64,000 nucleotides of DNA from assembly GCA_965649765.1 (NCBI GenBank), contig OZ287751.1:63612001-63676000 (forward strand), read 5' to 3'. Source of the DNA: Bispira polyomma (taxonomy: Eukaryota). The translations under genes and the position numbers were made by a program. Below are positions 1-12,800 of the stretch, in pieces. Position 1 is the stretch's first letter. Each line of letters starts with the position of its first letter. The notes beneath the pieces were generated by a model. The model searched no databases. It was not told the origin of the DNA and saw only the letters and a program-made list of their open reading frames with translations.

Positions 1-525
1 CAGAAATTCGGATAATATAGAAATCCAGTTCTATTTATAAATTGAGATTTTTTAAAATTTTGTCCTGCTTTCAATTTGTCAATATGGTGTACATCTCTGT
101 CTGGTAATTTCTTTCAGAGCCCAAAAAACCTTGACTGGGAGTATTTACTGGTGTAATTAATTGGCTCTTGAAGGGACTCCTGACACAGTGTAAGAAACTC
201 AAGTCATATCATCTGTTTTCTCAGCAGTACATGTTTCACCAGCACAGGACAAGTTTCCCATCTAAAATAACACAGATGTCACTACAACTGAACTAGATGT
301 GGGTTTGTGCCAGTAGTTTTTTTTTGTATCTTTATGTACATATATCTCTACAAGTTCTCTCCTAAAACATGGCCTATAGTGTCAGTGGTGATATTATTAA
401 TTGGTGTTAAAAATCTGGTTTACACCTTATGTTTTTGTGAACAACACACCACACATGGCAGGCAGCTGTCAGTGAGTTGAGATGTGGCTGGGTTTTTGTT
501 ATCTGCTGGATCTTCTCTCATAGTG

Positions 526-825
526 TATGTACACATGTATGCGGCTTGCGAATTGCAATTTACTTCTCCCCTCCAACGCCCCCCCTCCCCCCACGCCGCC
601 CCCCCTCCCCTTACTATTGAATTATCACCTTAAACAGTGCGATTTTATATTCTCATCCGATTTTTTCGGTCCTGGAGCGAAAAGTTCGCATTCGGAAGCC
701 GCAGATCGTGCGCCGCAATTCGCAGTCTGACATATGTGAACAAATTAACAAAATATATGAGGAGACAAAAAATCGCAGCCGCAAATCGGACGTCTGATGT
801 CGAAAGCCGCTTACATGTGTACATA
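526..825. mobile_element. ~300-bp MITE with ~25-bp terminal inverted repeats
   Basis: TATGTACACATGTATGCGGCTTGCGA ... TCGAAAGCCGCTTACATGTGTACATA; CpG-rich interior; partial second copy near 8120-8170. Confidence 0.65.
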
Positions 826-2332
826 GACTTACACCTAAACTCCACTCCCCCCTTTTCTACACAGTATCTTCTTGTGATAAGAGAAAATGTATATACCAGA
901 TAGAATACAGTAACACCTTCACTAGTGAACACTGAACACCTGGAAATAGCAAACACCTTTCTATAATGATCACTTGATTTCCCCCCCTTTCGGTTGGGTC
1001 CTGTAAGTGTTTTCTATATGAAGATTTTACTGTAAATGTCATTATAGTGAACATTTTGTTTGGTTTGATTATTTGCTATTTTTCTTTCAGAGTTATTCTC
1101 CGTTGCTATTTTTCTTTTAGAGTTATTCTCCAAAGTGTTGCAGCACCAGTATATACAACACTTTAAACATTTGACTGACGTATATACGCATAAAGAATTT
1201 AGGAGCTATAATTATATCAAAACATTCACAAATTACACTAATTTAATTAAATTCAATGGCACAGGTGTCTATGGAAGAATACTTTACAATTTGAGTACAT
1301 AAAGAGGTTTCTATGACCTTTAAGCTTCTACAGTAATTACTGAAAACTTCTCCCAATTCTTAAACTTGTTCTACTGTAGCTGATCTCAAATTATACTCTT
1401 TCTGGATCTTTGTACACATGTCTCATTTTATCATGACAACTCATCAATGCAAATGGTAAATGTTTTTGTAATGTACCAACAATGGTGAAACTTATAAGCA
1501 GTCACTTCAACATAAGCAGCTAATGATGAATTGCACAGATAATTAATTGTTAAAAGTAAACAGGTAATTGATAAATGTATACCGAACACCTGTGTAGCTG
1601 TTTAAAGCTCTAGTTTCAAAGGCATATGTATAAAATGTGATCTAAATAAAGATGACTTCAGTTTTAAAAAAGACCTCTTGGTATTTAACTACTATCACGA
1701 ACATCTGTTGGACTATAAAAAAGGCTGTCACTTGATTAACTGCCATCAATGTTGCCAATATATAAAAGGCCTAAAACAAGCTCTGAATGCCAATGCAAGA
1801 ACTGCCAATATTAACAAAGCCAAAAAAAAAACATTCAAACATTTGCCGCAAAATGATTTTCTCATACTTTTGATGTTAGTGATTGAAACATTAGCTGAAA
1901 ATATGATGACAAATTGTAAACAGAGTGGTTCAACATTTAGCTGGAGTCTTGGTAATTATATGGTAATGAATTGTGTATGGGTAACTAATAGTCATGTAAA
2001 AATATTAACTGTAAACTCATTTTGTATGAAATTTCTTTTTTTTTCCCAAGAAATTCTATTTAATTCTAAACTTTTTTTTGGGTATTGAGACTTTATAAAT
2101 TTAATACCTGGTAACATAAATCGCCAAATTTTTCAGGTTGTTTTTAGTTTGGCATCTTTCTAACATATGGTAAATAAATATTCAATGAGACACTTAGCAT
2201 TTCATTATGTTGTTCAAAAAACCTATTGAGAAATTTACATGTAATTAATTGACAGACAGAGATTAGGCACATGTTTTAAAGCTGTAGTAAAGGAAGTTCA
2301 ATAACAGAAAGACGCTGTGATATATGTATATA

Positions 2333-2574
2333 TAGAGTAAGAAATCTAAAATTCGCCACAGTATTTAAAGTTTGGTACCTAGAAAATGTTGTGTTTTAGA
2401 TAGAATTGTGGGTAATATTTTTCTGAAAATGAGATTATTGTGATTATTTTGCCTTTACTTACCTAAATTCAAGTCATTTGTTCCCCGCCTGCCAGGTTTT
2501 ATTGATTTGACTTAAATTTTAGGGGGTGTCCGAATTTCAGATACAGTGTGGCAAATTTTAGATTCCTTACTCTA
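2333..2574 (+). mobile_element. ~220-240 bp MITE family 'TAGAGTAAGGAATCTAAAATTCGCCAC', copy 1
   Basis: ~35-bp TIRs (TAGAGTAAG(G)AATCTAAAATTCGCCAC...TTTTAGATTCCTTACTCTA); at least 8 copies in the window. Confidence 0.85.
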
Positions 2575-3247
2575 AATACACTGTCATTCATCATTTTTTA
2601 AAGATGTTTCTACAAAAGCAATTTTCTGAGGCGATCAGTCAATGATAGCTGATCGCAATTTCATTAGTTTCATTGATATATAAGTATCTGTTTCCATGTG
2701 AGTAACACTGACAGGCGGCGGGAAATGCAAAGGATTTTTGCTCCTACTAGCGAAAACATAAATATTGACGACTACCATTGAATATTGCCCACATGGAAAT
2801 GCTCACTAAATCTTTATGGATGCACACACCTGTAATGATATCTCACTATATAATTGTTATATCTGCCTGGACATTCCTGTCCACATATGGTTTATTATAT
2901 ATTATAACAGCTCTTTTTCAGCAGAGAAGTGACAAGCTCAGCTTAATAAGTGAAGTGTTTTCTCAACAACTTCCAGGTGCAGCACAGACTAAACACTAAC
3001 AAATCTACCGTAATCCACTCACCTTTAGCTCAAATTTAAATTTCACTACATGACATTTAGTATTCAGAAATTTACTGCTATGGCTTTTAACTTGAGAATA
3101 TATTTTTTTGGGACAAGGCTAATAATATGAAGTGTTCATCTAAAATTCTCACTTTTAAAGGATTCCCCATATATTTCATTCTCAGGCTCATTTGGTGTAA
3201 AAATAGCGTCCTTTCCTGGTGTAAACTTTTAAAGACTTCTATAGTGT

Positions 3248-3480
3248 TACAGTAGGGAATCTTAAATTCACCACTGCATCTGAAATTCGACGCCTAAAAA
3301 ATGTTGTATTTTTGGTCGAATTGTGGTGAAATTGAGTTTTTTTGTGATAATTTTGCTTTACTTGCCTAAATTCTTGTTACCAGTAGTTATTTTTCGCCAT
3401 TTTTGTTAATTGATTTGGCTTAAATTTTAGGGGTGGCGCGAATTTTAGTTACAGTGGAGAATATTAGATTGCTTGCTCTA
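3248..3480 (+). mobile_element. Same MITE family, copy 2 (more diverged)
   Basis: Same TIRs and internal AAATGTTGT.TTTTTGGT.GAATTGTGG core. Confidence 0.75.
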
Positions 3481-5554
3481 TAAAATCCTGATATGACCAA
3501 CTACTGCTGGATTAAATATGGTGGAGAGAAGTGGTAATACGTGCAATGTACACACTGTCATTGAGCCATACACTCACACATACATCTAGCCACACACACA
3601 CCATGTCTGCTTTATCTCTGTCTCTTGCTCTCCATATTAGGGACAGGTCCCAGTAAATATGGAGTGCTCCATTTCAACATGCACTTGTGTGCAAGAAACA
3701 ATGTAGAGTAAACCTTAACTAAGTCAGCCATAAATTCAAACTAAAACTGCCATTTGAAATTGTTAAATCTGTATATAAATGTCAATGTACAGTACAGATT
3801 TGAAATGTTGCAGGGTTTTGTTTCTCCTGACGCTTTTCTTTTCCGATTTTATTGTAATATTTATTACCTATATAAATTATATTAACAGAATGACCACTCA
3901 CTGGGGTATAATGAAAGTATAAGTTAAGAAAGAAATCATGGTTTTAACAACAAAGATTTATCATCTCTCAGATATCATTCTCTGTCACCACACAAGTACC
4001 CAGCCGAAAAGGCATCAACTTCTGGCACACTTTTGTCGAACCCCCAAAAACTCTTTTCAATGGTGTTCTATTGGAAGACACAATTAAATGCCATTATTTC
4101 TTTTAACACATTTAAATTATGATAATAAATAAAAGAAATTCCAAATTATTTAATAATTAAATCAAAGCTAGTGATATTTTTTTGAAAATTTTGGGACACT
4201 TAACACCTTAAGGTTTCCAGTTTTACCAAGTTATTTTTGTTACAGAGCTTTTGGAAGAGGTCTATTCGTGGCCGCTTTTGTATACATAGTTTTATTGGTG
4301 GGCAAATGACAGGCGTATTCAAGAGAAATTCACAGCAGCTTTTGCGGCTCATGTCATGTATAGCTACTTGACCCACCAACACCAATGGTTATAGAGTTTT
4401 ACTTAACGTACTTAGAGACAACTGCAGGCAATTTACTACTTCATGTGTGTCTGTGTAATAAAAAAGACATAGCCATTTTTTTAGAAAGTAATCAGACATT
4501 TGAAAGGGTCCAAGTTAATATATACCATCCTGTGTGGTAGGGATTTTAAAACTATCTCTTGATGATAAACAATGGCAGGAATTTTTTGTCGTTTTTTTGT
4601 GTGTTTAACTGTAAATGTATGCACAGCTTTATCAGGTAGACAAAAAACTCTGTATACATTGATCTCAAGCAAATTACTTACAACCTGCGCAACAGCAAAG
4701 ATAAAGAATTCATATTTGTATTCAAATTTATACTCGGTTCAATAATTTACCTTTACATGGTATAAAATAAGCACAGAATATTCAACTAGATATAATGTTA
4801 AGTAACAAATTTAGTTGTGGCTTTGAGCTACAACAGCTATTTTCTGAGAAAAAGTGGCGACAAGCAAGTGTAAGTAAAACTTTTGTTTTCGATTTTGTGA
4901 CCTTGATAACGGTCAAATTTTTACACATAGAAAATTTTCCGCAAGCCTAAAGAAGATAACTGCCAAAAATCATTTTCCATTTTTTAAAGGACGCTTAATT
5001 AGTCCTTTTGTAAAGACCTTCCCATATGTTTTTTCGAATTACCGTTTTTATTACCGATATTGCCAATCTGGTCCTATCTAGAGCAATTATAAGTCAATAC
5101 TGTTCCCATTTATTTTAATTATTTGCTCAACACTTAAGAGAATAATTTTACTGAGGTGTGTGTACACATTGCTTAAAGGAGTTTTTGTCCCCATTTTCCA
5201 AACACCTGCGTTTTAATTACCACCTGAGCAATTAAGATGGCAAAAATCATTTTCCTGTGCTGGAGAAGAAGTACATATGTGAATATATCGTTTTTTGTTA
5301 GACAAACACAATACATTTAAGATGTCCCCCTCCCCTCACACATCTGTGGAGATGACTGTTTTTACGTTTTAATGGCCCATACACGCAGAGGGCCCCATAC
5401 AACTGGATGACATTTATTAAAAACACTGTTAATAAAGAGAGAGGTGGACTCTGAAATGACTCAAGTCCTCTTGAAAATGATGAAAGTGTGAAAACTATGG
5501 ATTATTTTCTGCTTCAAAGTCGCTTGTGTGTGTGTGTGTGTGTTTAGTCATATC

Positions 5555-5771
5555 TAGAGTCAGGAATCTAAAATACGCCACTGTATATGCAATTCGTCAC
5601 CCAGAAAATGTTGTGTTTTTGGTAGAATTGTGGGAGATATTTGCTAAAAATGAGATTTTTGTGACTCTATATTGCCTTATATTACCTAAATTCCAGTCAT
5701 TTTTTGCCCAGTTTCTTTATTGATTTGGTCTAAATTTCAGCAGGGTGGCAAATTTTAGATTCCTTACTCTA
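5555..5771 (+). mobile_element. Same MITE family, copy 3
   Basis: TAGAGTCAGGAATCTAAAATACGCCAC...TTTTAGATTCCTTACTCTA. Confidence 0.8.
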
Positions 5772-6440
5772 TATATGTGAATAGTCCCGTTTTTTTCTAA
5801 TTGCATCACTTTAGATATAGATCTTCACACAGTGGTTATTATCTGTACTACTTAACTTTGCTTGAATAGCTTTTGGTTATAATAGCATGAACAATTTTAG
5901 AAATCCAAACTTTCGGAGAAACAATATTTAAAAGTGTATATTGAACTTAATATAACCAATGCTATAGATATTGTCATCAGTTCATACAGTATTTATATTC
6001 TTTTTTAGAAAGTTAAGATATTTTAAATGTTCCACACTGTAGCCTCTGATAACTATAAACTAAAGATAAAATTGCAAGGCCACGTAAGTTACCACCACAG
6101 GCAACATCTGTTATCCAGAAAACACTTCTATACATCATCCAAATAAGCCATTTCCTGATTTAATGCACATGTGCCAATTGGTGACCAAGAGATTATATAC
6201 CATCTGTGTACACATATGATTACAAGTCCTTGGGTACAATTGGCCCAAAAAATGACAAAACTCCATTCAAATATAGCCAATTTTATATAATATTTAAAAA
6301 CAAATAATTTTTATGTGTATAAAAATAGTGTAATACTGAAGAACCTCTCCTAATATGAACTTGGGTTATCTGAATATATTCTGAAAACCTGGTTTTTTAA
6401 AGGAAATATCACATGTAAACAGTAGCCACAGTCACTACTT

Positions 6441-6755
6441 GGTGGTCTCTGTGGCCTAGTGGTTAGAGTGTCAGAGTTTGGATTTTAGAGCCCTGTGTTC
6501 GATCCTCGCTGCACGCCTGGAGATTTTAGCCTTGGACAAGGTGCTGTAGACAAAAGTTGGCCCTCTCTACCAAGGTGTATAATGGCGACCTGGCCGCTGA
6601 TGGGCGTTGTATGTAGCAATACGGTTAGTATGCTTCTTGAGGGAGATGAGACTTGAACAAGTGGTAGAACCCGGGCTGGGGGGTGTAAACAGTAAAGTCG
6701 GCTGAGACCTCAATAGAGGTGTTATCAGACTATAAACCTACACACATTCACATTT
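6441..6755 (+). mobile_element. Full-length tRNA-derived SINE with 7-bp TSD
   Basis: Pol III A box TGGCCTAGTGG and B box GTTCGATCC; ACACACATTCACATTT tail; TSD ACTACTT at 6434-6440 and 6756-6762; 3' half recurs inverted at ~27908-28075. Confidence 0.85.
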
Positions 6756-6764
6756 ACTACTTAC

Positions 6765-6836
6765 AGTGTGGTGAGGTGTGGACAAAACTCCCAGCAGCCA
6801 GGCTCAATGTAGGTGATGTGGTTGTGAGTGAGCGAC
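6765..6836 (-). CDS. LRIG: LRIG exon 9 (72 nt)
   Basis: cag|G...CT|gtaagt; SLTHNHITYIEPGCWEFCPHLTTL. Confidence 0.9.
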
Positions 6837-9800
6837 CTGAAAATACAGAATACACATAATACAGTAAAATCTCTGATATAGTGAACACCTCTGAAAATAC
6901 TGAACACACCACTCTATAATGAACACCTTGTCCTGTAGACCAGCAGTGTATTTATTATGGCACCCAAAACACCTCTTTGTTACAATTCACTTCAGTGCTT
7001 GCCACATAGAGTAAAGAATTCTAAAATTCGTCACTGTATCTTTAATTCGCCACCTAAAAAAGTTTTCTTTTTGGTAGAATTGTGGGTAATATTGGCTGAA
7101 ACTGAGATTTTTTTAACTATTTTGCCTTACTTACCTAAATTCCAGTTTTCATTCATTTGGCTTAAATGTTATGGGTGGTGAATTACAGATACAGTGGTGA
7201 TACAATTTTAGATTCCTTATTCTACCATCAATTGACAAGCACATAAGTAAACCAACCAATACAAGTACTTACTATACAAACAATAGCACTACAACTATTT
7301 CACATTATTTAGACTGGCAGTAAGGCAGGGGTCCCTAATGTAACCTTTAGTTTTTATCAGGCACAGCCTGATCTTGTTTTCATTCTGGAAAGGGCGCCAC
7401 AATCTGAGAAAATACGCAAGGCCTTTATGGATTGGTTGGAAGCAATCAACACTGTGAAACTGAGGGGTGTCAGATTTATTGTCATGGATTGGTTGGAAGC
7501 AATCAACACTGCCAAACTGAGGGGTGTCAGATTTATTGTCATGGATTGGTTGGAAACAATCAACACTGCCAAACTGAGGGGTGTCAGATTTATTGTTATC
7601 AGGCGCAGATTATGTATAGTACATGTATAAATATATATATAGAGGGACCACCATATCAACCTCAAGTCTATTTCACCCTCACTGTGCGCCTGTGTCTTGT
7701 TTTTTAAAAAGACAATTCTTGTTTGAAAGGAATACAATTTGAATTTGCTTCAGTGGATAATTTACCTATCTTTCTAAGATACACCCAGCAGTTCTTGTAT
7801 ATGTATATATGAAGACATCATCATACCACTAGTATCCCAGTTTATAACACAAACAAACCAGGGAAGTTCCCTGAAGTTTTCACCAAAACACTCATTTTTT
7901 CCCCTCCACAAAAGGTCAGTGGAGTTTACAGTTTAGATGTATAGCAGGCCTAACAACTACTAGTAGGAACTGAGGAGTTTGTTTATTTTGTTAGCTTTGA
8001 AACAGCTTCCCCCAGCAATGTATCTTTTTACAAACATCAATAAACACTGCATATTAGATCAATCTACAAAATGTTTTTTTTTCACCTTGGTATAACTTAC
8101 ACAGCTACCCCTCTACCCACACTTCGCAAATCGGGAGTCCTATATTGGAAGCCGCATACTTGTGTACATACAGAAATCCAACAACAGGGAAACGAAACTT
8201 ATTTTATATTTCTTCTGGTCACAATTTTTAAAATCCGATTTTGAATCTTTTAGTTTGTAATTACATTGAACAGTAACACAAAGTATATGATGACTGGACA
8301 TCTACATTAGTCAACAGTATTAATGAGGTAATAACATGTGTCTTCCACATTTTTCCCTGGGATGCCCATCTTGTGTTATTCTTGAAGTGAAAGCACATAG
8401 TTCTACTACTTCTGGTATTTAGCTCATTACTTCTTACAACATGGGGATCCTCTAGCCTTGCAATCAGGCTCCACACTTTATTCTCTGTCATAACTTTTAA
8501 GCTGTTAAAATCCACCAATGGATGGATTCGAACTTGCCAATCTGAAGTGGATATTCGGATTCAGCTGTATATTGAATCTGGCATAATAGCATAAAACTTC
8601 TATAATCTTAATATTCCATTTTATGACCTAGTTTCTGAAGTCACCATCCCGTAGATTATTTGGCTAACCAAGCCCCCCTGGTGGTCGTCATCTGTCACGG
8701 AGTACTATCTAAAGTGGTAGATTAATGATCCTTTGGGACGTTAATAAATGGTCATCCTAAAGCAAGCCTTAGCGCCCATAATGGCTGCCAATGAGGAAGC
8801 ATATTTGAAATGACCATGTGTTGTACTAGTGTGCTATGACAAATGTCATATTTTCATTTTTGTTAGTATTTTTGCTATATATACAACCCAATTAGACCCT
8901 GGAGCAAGACTAGGGTTGTGCCTAGGAACCATATATATATACCCAGTACAGACACCTACCATTTCTATGTGTGTGTTTGTATGTGTTTATAAAAGAGAAG
9001 GTAGAGTTGTCACTGGCCTGTGTTTACACTCTCTGCCTTCTCAAGTAGGTGTTGATGACAACTACAGCTGAGTACACACAACTACAGCTATATACAAGCT
9101 ATATACTATACCACACACTACACTCAAGGAGTCAAAAGGACCTAAAACGCCCTCGCACAACCTCAAACATACATCCCTTTTAACTGGTTCCTGCACAGAT
9201 ACTGCTTGTTTGTAACCAATTTTTTGGTGGGATGTTCTCATTTGTCTAAATGCCCCCTCCCCCCCATCCATCCCCCTCCCCCTCCTCCACTGTGATGTTC
9301 CAGTCACTAACTTGCTGCTGCTGTGTGGTTTCTCTGCAGAAGCAATCTCTGAGAGGAAAGCAATTTATTGTGCCATAAACTATATAATTTATTACCCCCT
9401 CTCTTTTTTGTGTACCAGTTAAAAAGACAAGCTTTGTTATTACAGTAGAAACTCTATTATCCAAACATGATATGGGGGAGCAAGACTTTGTTCAGGTCAA
9501 ATAAAAAGGTTTGTTTCTGTACAAAAACTTGTATAGAAACACAGAAAACTGTGAAAGTGGAAAATGACGTCATGAAATTGAATATATTTAGATACCAGAA
9601 GTTCAAAGGAACAAGTTTTCATTTAAACTTATAAATGATAGCACAAAGTACATACATTAATCGTTTAATTGGTTATCATACACAGTTACACACAAACACA
9701 AAATGATGACAGATACAACCCATGTACTATCTAGCTACTTTCTCAGCCAGTGCCTAAAAAAACATTCAAGCTATAAACTTTCAAACTGCTCCTTCTATGT

Positions 9801-12800
9801 TTATTTATTGCATTTTTTTTTGTTCTCAGTAACTTCTCACTGCTGTAAAAATGTGTGAAGGCTCATTTGTCAGTGTTTAGAATTCTGTTACATATCTCCT
9901 CCACATAGGAGGCTGTGTATGTGTGTGTGTGTGTGTTATAAGGATCTATCTGTCTCTCTCTCTCTATATATATATATAATATAGGGAAAGAAGTGTTCAG
10001 TAAACCACTGAGTTGTCTAAACACTGCCACCTCTTCTTGAAGTCTCTTCACACCACACCTATACACAAACCACTCCCTGATTTTAAAAACCTTCTTGAGA
10101 CATTGCGAACACATTTTCATCACACTTTTGTAAGAGAGTATGTACAGATATCTAAATAGAGGTTTTTTTGGGTTTTTTTCACTGGACCAGCAACAAAAAA
10201 TTAAAATCGAATCTTGTAAAGTGAAGTGTTTGAAAATGTTTTCAATGTCAGCTGGTTTTTGTCAGGAATCTTTCTAAACTTTTAAAAGAACTATGTCCAT
10301 TTCAAATCCTCATGATTTCACTCTACCTTATAAATGATAGCCAAACTGATACTTAATTGCCTAATTGGTTATCTATCATACACACACAATGATGACAAAT
10401 ATAGCCCAGATGACAGATATAGCCCATGTATCTATAACTAGCAGGTATGGAATTTCTATACATATCATAACATGTAAACATTCTGTGAATCAAAGAATTT
10501 CTTCAGAACGATTTAGTATGTCAATGAAAGCGTCAAAATTGCTGTCGGCTGATCGCCTGAAAAATAGCCTGCGAGGAAAAGTAGACTTATTCTAGTTTTG
10601 CAAAGATGTTAATTAGGGTTGGGACAGGTACAAAAAATGTGGCGAGTATTCGCAAACGTCTAACCGCCTTAAAACCGGGTAGCTGTAAATTTAGTATGCA
10701 CCAATCCCAGAAATCAGTCTAGAAATATGGCGGCTAATGTAAACAAAGTCTCACAACAAAAAGTAGCAAATATGTGTGGTAATATCAGAAATGGGGCGGA
10801 AACTTATATTAGCTGCAAAAACTAGATTAAGTTTATTGTTTTGATGAAGAAAACATATGAAACAGGTAGTAATTATTAGTTTTCATAGAAGTTTAAAAGT
10901 ACTCGAAGATGACAGATGTAACTGATGGTGGCATATTTTGTCACTGATTACCGGTTACCCCTGTTCACAAGCCTAATGTGAATCTACTCACATTGACTTG
11001 AGTGACTCCAGTCCATACAGCCCTGCCTTCTTTAGTTGTGTGAGACTATTATTGTCTAGTTCTCTGTAAATACAGCACAAACAAGAGGGTTAAATAACAT
11101 TCATTCTGATTTTTTATTATTTTTACAGCATTACCACCTTTTTACCTATCGGACTATTCTTTTGCATATCGGCTGGGATGTGTGCCACAGAGGATGCCAG
11201 GTCATTGGTTGTGGCGCTACAGAAGCAAAATCATTCACATTAGCATTTCTGCAGCTTTAATTTCTGTAGATATTAAACTACCAGCCTAAGGGCAAGTACC
11301 TGAAACAGTTTCCCACATGAAGGAACAAACAGGATTTGAACTCACATTGTTGAGAGGCTAGTGATTATAAAGCCAATGCCCTGTACTTCTAACCACTAGG
11401 CCACCGTGGCTCCTTTGAGACTGACAGAGAATGAAATATATCAATGTGTCTTCGGTTCAAGTTGACCAATTCATATTCACATTACAGTTAGTTTTAGCCA
11501 TGTTTTGTGTTTGATGTTATTTTATGTTAAAATCAGCATAATCAGCTTACATTTTGCAAGAACCAATGGTTATTAAATGAAACAAACACAATTTAAAGAT
11601 TGGGGAAGGCCAATAAACTTTTGACATACATTCAGATAAGAGAAATGTGTAAAAAGGGGCTTCCACTATGTACACCAACTAACTGGCAGGGAAATAATTG
11701 AAATAAATAATTCTTAATATTTAATTATACGAAGCAGTTATCATAAATAAATTCTGCCACCTTTACATTATAATATAAACTAAACGAGACATCACAGATA
11801 AAAAGCAGGCAATAAATAACACTTTATTATCACTTAGTGTTAAAACACCACAAACGTGTGAGGGGGGGAGGAGGGAATTTACTTCTATATTTAAAAGCTC
11901 AATATACAAATCAGTCCTGTATAGACAGCACAAAAAGCCACAGTGTGTCGGTCCTATTGTCTGAATTTTTTTCAAAGGCCACCAATGCCGTGTCCCAAAT
12001 AATATATACATATATCACAAGAGATATTTTAAATTGTTTGAAATGCCAGAAGGCTTGCCTTATACATTAAATTAAAAAAAAATTCTCCTTAAAAAACATT
12101 AAATAAAAATAGGTTAAAGTCAGAGTCGCATTCAAATTTACTAAGCTGTAAGGAAATACTGACTGATACGTTTAAATGGAGAAAGACAGCTAATTTTAAA
12201 TTTTTCACACAAATTTATATGTAAAACCCTCCAACAAAGTACACCATCTAGCTCATATGCAATGACAGCGTAGTAGCTATTAAGAATACCAAAGGATAAC
12301 TAAATACTACAGGATAACAAGATAAGAGTGGTCCATGGACCACATCGCCAGATGACCGAATTTGCATCGATTATCGGCCACACGGACTCGATGCATTGAA
12401 ACCCCAATTTAAACTAAATCAAATGCTTATATATACCTAAACTGTACTATATTGTATGGTTTCCTAAAATATAAATTCAAATTTAGGTGTAAAATGAACA
12501 TAAACTTACATTTTCATCGATCTATTATTTATATTTGTTCTATGCGACAATGTGCTTTTGGGCACATACTAAAATTCGATCAACATGGGGTGCCTTCTGA
12601 ATGTCGGAGCTCTTGGGAAGTAGCTCCGTATAGAGGTAAAATTGCCTAAATCTTAGGAGGTAGCTTGAAAATCGACTAAATCTTATGAATTAGCTCTAAA
12701 ATCGCCCAAATCTTGGGAGGTAGCTTGAAAAATCGCCTAAATCTTGAGAGCTAGCTTTAAAATCGCCTAAATCTTGGGAGGTAGCTCTAAAATTGCCCAA

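Noticed and set aside
1-6430. LRIG exon 10
   Set aside because: I found no 72- or 144-nt AG/GT-bounded LRR segment by eye; it is presumably beyond the left edge, though a divergent exon could have been missed.
6441-6520. tRNA gene (also 11330-11413 and 63922-64000)
   Set aside because: A and B boxes are present but I could not form a convincing cloverleaf, and the 6441 head continues into a SINE body with tail and TSD.
7357-7737. Cys/His-periodic peptide (NQHCQTEGCQIYCHG) resembling a metal-binding repeat
   Set aside because: It is a by-product of the 57-bp (19-codon) tandem repeat, open in several frames, intronic and without gene structure.
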